Shown one piece after another: positions 25,101 to 36,486 of a DNA stretch of 64,000 nucleotides. The notes beneath the pieces are model-generated. The model was not told the DNA's origin. It saw only the letters and a list, made by a program, of their open reading frames with translations, and did no database searches. Both the position numbers and the translations under genes were made by a program. Position 1 is the first letter of the stretch; every line of letters starts with the position of its first letter. Origin of the DNA: Paraspadella gotoi (lineage: Eukaryota; Animalia; Chaetognatha); contig CM119265.1 in NCBI GenBank assembly GCA_051294375.1, forward strand, positions 20,054,509 to 20,118,508. The letters are read 5' to 3'.

Positions 25101-27896
25101 TTAAAAACCTGAAGCTTGTGAAACCCCGTCCTCTCTTCTCCCGGGAGATCGAAGGTTTTGTGCACGAAGAGAAACATCTTTTTGACGGAGGCGCGATAGT
25201 TGAAGGTGATGGTCACGAACCCGGTGCTCACCTCGATCTGTTGTTCTGGGGCTGGAGGTAAGAAAGGGGGGAGGTATAACGCACAGGTATTTCCGAAGCT
25301 AATGAAACAAAAACCTTGGAGTCAAAAAGGTGAGGGACGTAAGCAACGATAAAGATAAGGCCTTCCTTTCCTTTTAAGACGAATTTCCTCTCATTTCCGA
25401 ATCATCGACTTTCTAAGTTATTTCTTCTTTTATTCCTTTTTCTCTTTCTTTTATTTGACGACGTAAAAACAAAGGGCGAAAAGTAGGTTTTTAAGATAAA
25501 AAAAAAAGAAAGAAAGAAATTTTGTTTAGCAGTATTGGTTTATAAATTCCTAACACGTCTATTAGCTTTTTTTTTTTACAACTTTGGAAGCCGAAATTGC
25601 CCTCTGGTCGGGATTTGTCTCGCGTCAAAACGAAGAGAACGTCAAGAAAATTTTCATTTTCGTTGAAGGTTGAAAGACGCGACCTTAGAAACTTCGGATT
25701 TTCATCTCCTCATTTCCAGACATGTTAACTCATATTTTTTCTCTTTACTTCTCTTTTCTTACATTTTTCTTCTCTATCTATTTTTTCTCCTTCATACCCT
25801 TTTCCTTTTGCTTCCTCATCCAACCTCCCGCTTTTTTTCATCATGTTTCCTTTCTTCTCATCTGTCTTCGTATCTCTTTTTCCTTTAAGAAAATCAGATG
25901 GGTAGAAAAATAAGAAAATGAGAAAAAAATAAAATCTATTTTCAATATACGATATAATAAGAAATTCATGTCCATCAGACTGCGATAAATATATCAAGTA
26001 TTGTATCATGTTATATTATGTTATAGAGTTTTTTACCAGATATATAGAGTTATAGAGTTATATAGATTAGTTATATATATTGTAATTTAACCTTGTGTTG
26101 TATAGATGCTCCCTCTATTTCCAGAAGACAACACTGACTTCCCCTTCCCAAATTGAGTTATTAGATATAATATAATATAAATTTTTTTTAAGAGAGAAAG
26201 CAATATATATTTGTTTAAATAATATAGATTAAATACTAAATCCTTCATAAATTATAAATATAGAAAATAGTGAAACAAGTAATTTGCAAATTTTCATACA
26301 AGAATTAAGCGATTCAGCCATCGATCAACGGTCTGCTATTAGATCTGCAGCAACAGCCCACGTCGTCCGTCAAACGTAAGAAAGAAAAAAAAAGAAAGAA
26401 AGAAATATAAAATAGTGAAACAAGAAATAACCCCCCCCCAAAAAAAAAGGAATTTCCCCCATCTACCATCCTTTTTCTAAGCCCATCAACCAAACTCCTA
26501 ACCCCCGCCTCTCCGCCACCTCCTCCCCCCCAGCGGAAATCAACTCACGCTCGTCCAACAAGTGAAACTTGGGCGGCAAGGAGACGGTGGTCAACATCTC
26601 CGGAACCTTCATCGTCGAGGGAATCGGCGCCGGGATCGGAACCGGCATCATCAGCGGAGTCATCTTGCTCTCGGTCGGCGTCCCTCGCGTCGGCAGCGGC
26701 TGCCGGAGAGGCTGCTTCCGGTCCGGCTGAACGTTGGCCGTCTCAGCGATAAAGAATCGAAGGGAGACGCGAGCCGCTTGGGCGGGGGCCTTGGGTGGCG
26801 AGGATGGGCGGGGGAGGTCGAGCTGGGGATGGAAGTGGGGGTGGGGATGGAGGTGGGGGTGGGGGTGGGAGAAAAAGGTAAGGTTGGGTAAGGAAGAAAA
26901 TTCTTTCGTCCATGAAGGAGAATCGAGGCGACGCGAGTGAAGAGAAATGAAGCAGGAATAAAAAATCATTCTCGAAATATTTGAGCTGAAAAAATAATTT
27001 TGAGATTTTCGTCAGTCGTTCGTTCAGTTCAGTTCAGTTCAGTTCGTCCGTTTTCTTTTCCTCTTTATTATTCTGTCGCGGCTGGCAGCGTCGTATAAGA
27101 ACGTCAGCCTTTAAAACTTTATTAGTTAGCATTTTTGTCTGTTTACGTTAAAAAAAGTAAACTACAAAATAAATACGTACGTACATATTTTACCTACTGT
27201 TTATAACAAAGAAAGCAGTTTCAATTTTTTTTAAATATTGTAAAAAAATATATAAATTTTATACACGTTTATTGTTTAATGTTTATTGCATGTGGCCTTT
27301 TACCACAACCGCGACTTTTTTCGATCGTTGAAAGATTTTCTTGTTTTTATGTCAGTTAATAAATTATTGATCTCTCTCAATCGCGGAACAGTTTTTTTTA
27401 GCTATAAGTTAAGATTAGGTAATCTCTTTTCAATCTATATTTAATTCTATTTAATTATATTATATATTTAATTAATTTTTTCAACGAAAAAGAAATTAAA
27501 ATCTAAATTTGTCTATAAAGACCACAACAGTACAACACTACGACAGTCAACGCTTTTCCAGACTCGGAAAAGAGACGACGACGACGACGACGACGACGTC
27601 AGCGACGCCACAGAAGCCGAAACCAACAACAACAACAACAAAACAATTGAGAAACTGCCAAACTGATGTCCGAAACAACTTCTCGAGGGATCTGGTTTAA
27701 TAAACTTAATATTCATTATTCAAGGCATCCAAGAAGTAGTAATCGAATTTTCTCGGAAAAATAAAATTCAATATTTTTCCAAGTGCCAAGTGAAATGGAA
27801 TAAATTTCCATTGAGGAACCTTTCTTGCTTTTTTTTTTCTTTCTTGCTTTTTTTCTCTTTCTTTCTTTTTTTTCTTTCTTTCTTTTTCTCCTCTTA
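19705..27896 (-). repeat. Right arm of ~8.2 kb inverted duplication
   Basis: Reverse complement of ~11175-19370. Confidence 0.95.
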
Positions 27897-28879
27897 TTCA
27901 GCCAGAAGAGACAGAAAATAGCGTCAATTTTCTTGTCATTTGATTGAAAAAAAAAAAACAAAGAAAGAAAAAAAGAAAGACACCGTTCAATCAAGTTTTT
28001 TCCCCCGTTTTTTTCTCCATGAAACTCGATTTGTTCATATTTGGAACCGAACACAAAGATAAACGTGACGATTCGTTTTATATTAAATCCTTTTACGTCA
28101 AATATAAACATATAAGAGTCGGTGGCCGCGAGAGAACGTGGCGGTCGCTGCTATGATGAAACCGTTATTACCAACGTTATCCGTCAATTCTCGAAAAAAA
28201 AAAAATAAAAGATCACATCGAAAATGGAGTCACGAAAAGATCAGAGAAATCTATTTCTCACGATTGCCTAATCCCCAAACATTTAAAACCTCACCATCTT
28301 TAATTTCTGAACCGAAGTATCGCCTGATTTCCCAATCCCACACGAGCCTCACGCTTTCTACAAAATTACCCCCATTCAAATTGATCCCAATCCATCCCTA
28401 CTTTTCTCGCCCTCATTTTCGTCTTCTCCAAACTCGCACGAATTCGATTCGGTTTTTTAACTCACCTTAAATCCTCCTTCGATGCCCAATCATTTGCTTA
28501 CTCCAATATTCACCCGCCCGCCCATTCTCCACTGAACTTACCAACTCACTAACCCACCCTGAACTCACCCATCGTCGCCGGGTAGTTCGTCGTATTCCTC
28601 CTTTCTTGACGACGAACAACAACAGAGACCAACGACGACGACTACGAGGACGATGAGGGCGAAGGCGCCGACTCCACCCCAGAGGGCGTAAGGTGGGATG
28701 AGGACGTCGAGCGCGCCGAGGATGGCGTTGGCGATGAGGGCGCCACCCGACGCCGGTGGAGGGTCGGCGGCGGCGCTGGTGGCGGCTACGGTGGGGGCGG
28801 CGGCGGGAGGGGCGGAGGAACCGGCGGGGGGTGGGGCAGCCGCGAACGCAGCGCCCGCCGGGAACGCAGGGAGAGTCAT
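19861..28879 (-). CDS. SYT14: Synaptotagmin-14/16 family protein (N-terminal TM + C2A + C2B); exons ~28879-28569, ~26937-26549, 25251-25109, 24017-23837, 21670-21375, 20225-19861
   Basis: Exon 1 has a TM helix plus Cys cluster (ALWGGVGAFALIVLVVVVVGLCCC). C2A (GFVTITFNY...DLP...QVHLALLP...ALRVRVYG...ALGE) and C2B (PELQVSLAYFDLTGRVALEV...PDTYVRCSL...KSKTSVRKAQPSP...KKELVGWCSMG...HWKEMIEGRGEVVTRWHVLLET*) match the SYT14/16 subfamily, with most Ca-binding Asp residues missing. A few 1-bp indels present. Confidence 0.88.
23000..23241. repeat. 21-bp intronic minisatellite (TCCGTTCATCCATTCACTCAA)n, ~11 units
   Basis: Regular tandem array; source of the spurious (SVHPFTQ)n and (MNGLSEW)n ORFs. Confidence 0.95.
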
Positions 28880-28954
28880 GGTCCCTGGATAGAGTACTAT
28901 TGTCTTCGATGTCTTCGTCGCGAAAGTGGAAAGTTTTGGCGATTCGTCGCCATC

Positions 28955-28956
<2 letters not shown>

Positions 28957-29010
<54 letters not shown>
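28957..29010. repeat. (CT)n/(AG)n microsatellite just upstream of SYT14-like exon 1
   Basis: Direct observation. Confidence 0.9.
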
Positions 29011-29015
<5 letters not shown>

Positions 29016-32000
29016 CCTTAAGTGTCGTCTTACAGAGATTTTCAGAGATTTACATCAGTGGAGGAAAAATATCGCGGCGACAAAGTCGACATTTTAATTC
29101 CGGTTCTTAATACTGTGAGTCGCTTTTCCTTGATGATGTCTCTCGTTGAGTTTAAGTCAAAATCGCAAATAGTCAAAGTTCAATCTGAAGAGAGAACCTT
29201 TTTAGATTTTTAAACAGTAAAATAAACAATTTAAATAGCATTATCCACGAGAGAATATCAGTGAAGCCGATTACAAAACCAGTACTTCCAATAAATAATG
29301 ATCTAGTACAGTCAACGAAAAATCTTATTATAATTAACATTCGAAACAGTCGTGCTTAAAAAAAAAAAAAAAACTGTTTTGGATTTTGATTTTCTGCCCC
29401 GGTGATCCTTCAGTTAGTCGAATCTGATAAGAAAATCGTTCGTAAAAACTTTTTTGTCAACAAAAGAGAAATTCCGATTCTAATATATTTTTTTTCTAAC
29501 TCGTTTTCTTTTTTTCTTTTTTTCTTTTTTCTTTTTCTTTTTAATTTTTACAAAAACGAAAAAAAAAACGTGCAAACTGAACGACAACGTCGACGACTAG
29601 AACGACGAACATTTTATTTCGGTCGAATTAGCTATCTTTTTTTATTATGTTTTAGTAATAAAACTTTTATTCCGCTTTAGTTCTTAGACTTTTAAGTCGT
29701 TAATAACGCAGGAATGAACCGAGAAAGGAGAGCGCCGAGGAGCCGCGAGTTAGAGAGCGTCCTTTTTGGCGGGAGGTTTGGGGTTCCAGTCCGTAAAGAC
29801 TCTCGGGATGTGTGTTGGGAAATGATCGACGGAATTTCTCCCTTAAGATCACGAAGGCTTGAATGGATTTTTTTTTCTTCAAAACAGACGAGCAATAAAC
29901 GGAAGAAATTTTTTTTTTTAGCTGTAGGAAAGCAACAACGACGACAACGACGACAAACAAGTTTTTTTCGAAAAGAAAAACGGCAGAGAAACTGGAATTT
30001 CTACTAGAGAAAGGTGAAGCAAAGTCTCAGAGAGGAAGAGAGATTGTATGATGAGATGAGAGATCGAGAGAGAAGATGAGAGAAGCATCGAAGATGGATT
30101 CAGAGAGATGAGAGAGATGTGAGTAGAGAAAGGAAAAGGAGGTGGGAGAAAATTCAGGTTGGGTCGAATGAACTTACCTCGGGCTCGGTAAGAAATAAAA
30201 CCCAGTTGAAATATAATTAAAAAGTATTTTATGGTTTGAAGGAGGTAAAATAGATTTAAAGTTGTCGTTGATTTTTTAAAAATTGTATTGACTCTTTTTT
30301 TCATTCTTCAACATACAAGTTACTTTCTAACAAAATTATTTTTTCACGTTTGGCTTTGACGAGGACCCACCGACCGACCGATCGACCGACCGACCCCACG
30401 GACGCGATTATTGACGGATTATCTGTGATTAGGGAAAATCCTACGACCGATTTTAAAAATGTTGAAAGAGCAAAAGCGACGGCATCACTGATAGTATTAA
30501 TACGACGAAAATTAGATGAAAAATTTTACAAAAAAAAAAAAAAAACTCCTTACTCGAAAAATATCCTTGGTCTGTTCCATTTCATTTTTTGTTTCACGTT
30601 GAAAAAAAAAATTAGCGCTAAAATTGACCTTGAAAAGATAATTAATTTTTTTTTTCTCTAAGATAAATGTAGTGGGACAAGTCAAAACGCGAACTTTGCT
30701 TAAAAATTCTCATCATGCGCTTGTGCAGGGTAACTGGCGAAGAGTAAGAATCAGAAGAAAGAGAAAAGTGACTCAACCGCCATATTACGCAATGATTTTA
30801 TCTACAAAGCGATCAATCCATAATGGTACGCAAAGAAGGAACGGCAAGGAGAAAAGGCTTCCTTTGAAAAATTCCAACGAGCAAAACCTTTTTTGCAGTA
30901 TTTTTTTTTCATTTTATTTTATGATTAGATTGTGGCAAAATATTAAATATGATTAATAGCGTAGATGCAAAGGATTTAACGAAGCGACGCTGACCTTTTC
31001 GAAAAATTGGTTGTCGCGTAGATAAAATGCCAATTCATGACGTAACTCTGCAAAATTTGAATCTAGATTCAGAAAAAGGGAGATCGGTGAAAACGAAAAG
31101 GTAAGCCAGGCCATCTCTCTCCGCGGGATTCTCGACGGTGATGTAAGAGAAAGAGGGACTCGATCAACTCGTTTCTAAAAAGTCGTCGAGCGAGTTGGTC
31201 CACCGAATCCGCTTTTAACTGGGTCTCGGAGGGAAGTCAAAAAAAAAAACGTGAAAATGCAACGTGAGCAGGTGGCTGAGGAAACTTTGTAACGTTGCCA
31301 GTTATTAATCTGGGTGAACGTTTATAAAACAAAAATTGTGCGATTGTACTTCCTTAAAAAAGTGGGAATTGAGGCAGGTAAACTCTATTTTCGAGGACTC
31401 GGATGTTCACGAGTGCTTTTAACTCTTCTCCAATGCAACGTGACTTTCTTTTTTTACGTCATCGCTCTCGATCTCACTTTTCCAAATCTTTTCCTTCTCC
31501 CTGACTTCCACCGAGTTTTTTATTTTCGACTTTCTTGTCTCTCTTCTCCGAATTTAATATCAGAGTTTTTGCTGCGCTCAACAGTTAAACTCAATGTTTA
31601 ACCGATATAGAGGAAAGAAAAATGATTCGTTAAAAGGAGAATTCGAGTGGGAAAGAAAAGCAAAAGGGGCTAAAGTGCAAAAAAGAAAAGAACAACTGAA
31701 GAAAAAAAAAACAGAAGAACATTATAGCATAAAGTGAAAGAAAGTTGGGGATTGGGGGATATGGGAAAAGAAGTGCAAATGTCTTCAGGAGAGGGAAGAA
31801 GGGGGGGAAAAGAACAAAAAAGGAAAAACCGGGAAAAAAAGAGAAAACATAGACAACGACCTTCAACTGCTTTTCGGTTTATTCGTTTGACTCTTGACCT
31901 CGTTCTATTGCTTATTATCGTTAACGAGGTAACACCGACGTCGTCTCCACGAGTAAACAGCGTCGAAATGGCGCGTTTTTAAACCCCGACCTGCAGAGTT

Positions 32001-35000
32001 GTTACGTGTTTGATACGTAAATGTTACGATACAACGAATTCTGATGACGAAAGATCTAATTGATGAAATAGAAGTCGGCAAGCTGCTACATACGGTTTCG
32101 GTTCGATTAAATTTTTTATTTGGATTCCGACTTTTGCTCACATTTTACTAGGAATACGAAGGCAAAGATTGAGTTACAAACCGAGGAGGTTTCCTTTTTT
32201 TCCCTTTTTTTTTCAATCGACAAAGAATCTCAAAAGATCCATTCTGAGCTCGTTTTATATTGGAAAAAAAAAAGTTTTTTGATGAAAGACGTCTGTGTCA
32301 ATCTCTCTCTTTCTCTCTCTCTCCCTCTCCTTCTTTCAACTACCCATTCCCAATAGCTTTGAGAATAAACATATTGGTTGCTGACTTTGATTCCATCTGT
32401 GGAGTTGGTTTTTCTCTTCTTCAAATTTTCAATTTTGAATGAAGAAAGAATGAATAACAAAAAGGAAAAAAATATAGGATTTTTTTGTGGGGGAGGAAAA
32501 TTTTATATGAGCCTCAAAACTAAGAAAACAAAATGCTTTCAAAACCTTTTTTTTTTTCTTTTCGGGAATTGATAGTTAAAATATCTCACGGCATCAAAAA
32601 CATACCCGACACTGCCCGTCGTCGCTTCTCACAGTTCGTCATTGCCATATATCGAAACGGTTGTAAACGGATAAAAGCCGAAATGCACCAAAAATACTCG
32701 GTTTTTCTTCCACGTAATCGATGAGCAACGAAATTCTCTCGAAACAACTATTCCTATTCACAGTTTCCCCCCTGCTCAGAATCCATGTCGAAACGCGAGA
32801 CGGGATCGAACCAGAGACCCCCATCGAGCTCACGGGTTGGACCTCGCCGACCCGCGGGTGATTTTTCTTCCGTCTCCCTCCGAGTCGAGTCCCTGTCGAT
32901 TTCAGCGTCGCGCAGGGAGAGGGCGTGCATCGTCGTCGTCTACGCGGACGCTCTCGCTCTTCTTCATAGTCGTCGTCTTTGGCGCGTCGTCTTCGTTATC
33001 GTCGTCTTCATCTTCGGTTATTTCCGTCTCACGACAAAACGTCGGAATCATGCGACTCATGGCTGACCTCCAGTTTGTAATTTCGTATGTTATATTTATG
33101 AAGAGCTGATTTTATTTTATTTCCCACGGACTCGACTTTCGGCAAAAATTAGACTTAACGTAAAGTGATTTGAATATATTTGAATTTGTAATACAAATGT
33201 TATTTGTTAGTTTTCAAGTTCTGGAAGTTTTGAAAAAAATCATAAACTAAATTTGTAATTGGTATTCAATATATTCAATATATATTCAATTGATATTCAC
33301 AATATCATAATTTTATGGTGTTCAAAAACAAGATCGAATCAACAAAAATAAAAAACAAAAAGAAAATATGAACACCTTTTTTCGTTGTCGTTTCGAAAAA
33401 GAAAAAAAATGAGACGAAAAAAACTTCCCCCACAAATAATCGTCGCTCAGGTTCTGATGATGGCAACTACAACAGGTTGGTGGCAGATTGTAAACTCTCA
33501 TTTGACAAGGCATATAGTGATGAATCCTTCGAGAACCAAGTATCCACAATCGATTTAAATCAATAAATAATATTCTCAAATTCGATAATCAGTTGGAACG
33601 TTATGCTATCACTGCATCAGCCAGAGCGTGGAAAACAACGATTGTTTAAACTTGCCCAAAAGGAAAATCCTCGCAATGAACCTCAACGACTCCATCAACC
33701 ATTTTCCTCGCAACCAAGTCAGCATCCACAATTGTTCAGAAACAAAGGTTAGATATTATCTAATAGATAATTAGGACAGCAATTCCATCATTAGCTTAAG
33801 CATTCTTGAAAAAAATGCATGAAACAATAAATAATTTTAACAATGTTTTAACTTAGCGACTTAACAAGATAGATTATAATTAGACTAAATTAATTGTTTT
33901 ACTTATAACCTTTAGAACAGATATCAACGGAATGGACCAAGTCGTTATACTATATGAAATTAGTAAAAACAACATAATATACTATATACAATATAGTTAT
34001 GAGTCCTTAAGTTCTTTGGCACTCGAATATCTTCTTTATAATAACGTCGGAGACGGTTGTAGAAATCGCCACTCAATCTTGATTAAAAGACTAAATTATT
34101 TTCTTCACGTACATAACATAACACTACATAACTAAAAAAGCTCATAAGCTTAAGCACAAATACTAATGGAATGAACCAAGTCCTAATTATAGCATCAACT
34201 TTAAAAAAATAAAGAGCAAAATTTATGTTGCTTGTGGAGAATTTGACCTTAAAAAAAAATTTATGCAAACGGCCAAAGTCAACTTTTCTTTGGTCAAGCC
34301 ACTCCGGTTCGATCAATTATGCATAAACAAATAACCAGCTCAGAGATCCCGTTGGTTACCGGCGAGAACGTAAATAAAAAAAATGCGATAACGGGAAAAA
34401 AATAAATACAACGACAGACACAAAAACCAATATTGACTTAATAAGCGCTGACCGTTGACCGCTTGTTATAATAATAATAAATACTCCTTGTCGATGTTGG
34501 TTCACTTTACTGATTAAATAATAAATATACATATTTTTTGTGCGAGTTGCGTCATTCTCTGGTTAAGTAAGGTGTGAGTGCAGTTATGCGATGCAAAGAC
34601 TAACAATCACAGAGTATTACATTTTCTTTTTGTGAAGGAGGCGAAGGATTACGAGTTCTTCCGGCGAAACTCATCAGAGTTAAAGCCTCTGACGTGGAGA
34701 TGCGCAAAGCAAGTTCAGTATTCTCCTTACGGTTAGGAACTTGGGCGTTTGAGCTTTTCTCTCGAATCCTTATCTTCAATGTCTTGAAAGGAGACGCCTG
34801 TCCAAATGCGTCTCTTGACAATTTAGAAGTTAACTTCCTTTCAAACCAACATCGACAGGGGCTGCGCTCTACGCGAGGAGACAGTGTTTTCCCTCCTACC
34901 CTTACGGACGAATAAAGAACGACTACGAAGGATGCAAGGTAAGGGATTGGTGTTGACTCGGTTTCATTTCCAACTTGTCATTTGATAAAATTTCTTCGCG

Positions 35001-35033
35001 GCCGAGTATTTTCTTTGGTTTTAATTTTAAATA

Positions 35034-36486
35034 CAGAAGGCTTCATTTTATAAAATGAGGTACTATGGCAACAGCCGGGTTGCCTGTGATGCCCATTGGG
35101 ATGGGGCATCTCACTGTTGGCTTTTGGGTCTTCCGACCCTCAGTGACGCCTCCAGTCACTGGCACGGTTACCCTAGGACGGTCTCGCTTTGCCAACGCAG
35201 AGGGAAGTCGTTAGGACTGTGGATGGAACACTACGCCTGGGATGGTGTGTTCCCCCTCTGAGCCAATGGATTTGGCTGACGGATGGTGGACGTGAGGCGG
35301 TGTGAATATACCGCCACAGGATCCCCGGACCAAGACATCACTCAGGTTCCTCAAGCCTGAGAGGTGTCTGACAAGACTGTCACCATAGTGGGAGAGAGAG
35401 AGAGAGCGCGAGTTGTGGGGGCATAGGCGTTTGTCGTAGCGTACCCCAGGGGCATAGGCGTTTGTCGTAGCGTACCCGAAGTCGGCAGGGCATAGGCGTT
35501 TTGTCGTAGCGTACCCTGAGAAGGTTGCGTGTTCGATGGTAGGGCTCACCACTTATGGCAACAGCCGGGTTGCCTGTGATGCCCATTGGGATGGGGCATC
35601 TCACTGTTGGCTTTGGGGGCTTCCGACCCTCAGTGACGCCTCCAGTCACTGGCACGGTTACCCTAGGACGGTCTCGCTTTGCCAACGCAGAGGGAAGTCG
35701 TTAGGACTGTGGATGGAACACTACGCCTGGGATGGTGTGTTCCCCCTCTGAGCCAATGGATTTGGCTGACGGATGGTGGACGTGAGGCGGTGTGAATATA
35801 CCGCCACAGTACCCCTTTTTTGTGACCAGAATCGGTTCCCACCAAACTACCGGATCGAATTTCAGGAAATTTTACATTTAGAGTCTTAATGACGATATAA
35901 ATGGAACTATCGAGGCGAATTTTAATATTCAACCCCTGACAAGAGATACAGGGCCCTGGGGGTGGACCCCTGGGGGACCAAAAAAATCTAATTTTTTTTT
36001 TCATTTTTTATAATTTTTTAGTAGAATCAGGTTCGTCGATGTTTTAAACATTTAAAAATATTTTTTAAAACTAAAATTAAAAAAAATTTTGCTAATTAAA
36101 GTTTTGAAGATGCATGGTTCATCGTTTTTTTCGAAATTTTCCAGAATTATTCCAAATCTGACTTGAACAGCTGATGTTCATGAAGCTGAAACTTATGGTA
36201 AACTAATATTTTTGTGGAAATAAATACATTTTTGTGGAAGAGTAAACGTCTGGGCAACTGTTCAAAACAAAAAAAAAATTAAAAACAAATTTTGACCATT
36301 TTCTGCCCCCATGAGTGGCCCCATATCTCGGCTCAGGGGTCAAATATTGAAATTTGCCTCGATATTTCGATTTGTATTCTCATAGGGATCGTTCATACCA
36401 AATTTCATTAAAATCTATTCAATAGTTTTCTCGGAACGTGTTCTGATCACAAAGGGGTACCACATTTTATAATATGAAGCCTTCTG
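35034..36486. mobile_element. Non-autonomous Tc1/mariner-type DNA transposon (MITE, ~700 bp without the nested TRIM), TA TSD
   Basis: TA|CAGAAGGCTTCATTTTATAAAATGAGGTAC(CCCTTT..GTGACCAGAA) on the left and (TTCTGATCACAAAGGG)GTACCACATTTTATAATATGAAGCCTTCTG|TA on the right form imperfect TIRs of ~55 bp. The left TIR is interrupted by the TRIM at GTAC. Confidence 0.88.
35064..35808 (-). mobile_element. TRIM (miniature non-autonomous LTR retrotransposon) with tRNA-like boxes in the LTR, Helenus-like; LTRs 35064-35318 and 35554-35808
   Basis: Two 255-bp direct repeats differing at ~2 sites, and TSD GTAC (35060-63 / 35809-12). Minus-strand termini TGTGGC...GCCATA, PBS-like TGGTGAGCCC 2 nt after the 5' LTR, GGGGATCC before the 3' LTR. 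Internal 3x GGCATAGGCGTTTGTCGTAGCGTACCC; no coding capacity. Confidence 0.92.

Noticed and set aside
33400-33760. Possible decayed transposase fragment (LGSRRIHHYMP...)
   Set aside because: Too short and interrupted to assign without a profile search.
34645-34685. Hammerhead ribozyme core (CTGATGA on the minus strand)
   Set aside because: The required GAAA after stem II is absent (reads CGTAA) and flanking stems were not found.
35055-36004. Short ORFs within the TRIM (also 62388-63696)
   Set aside because: No gag, protease, RT or integrase motifs; incidental ORFs in GC-rich LTR sequence.
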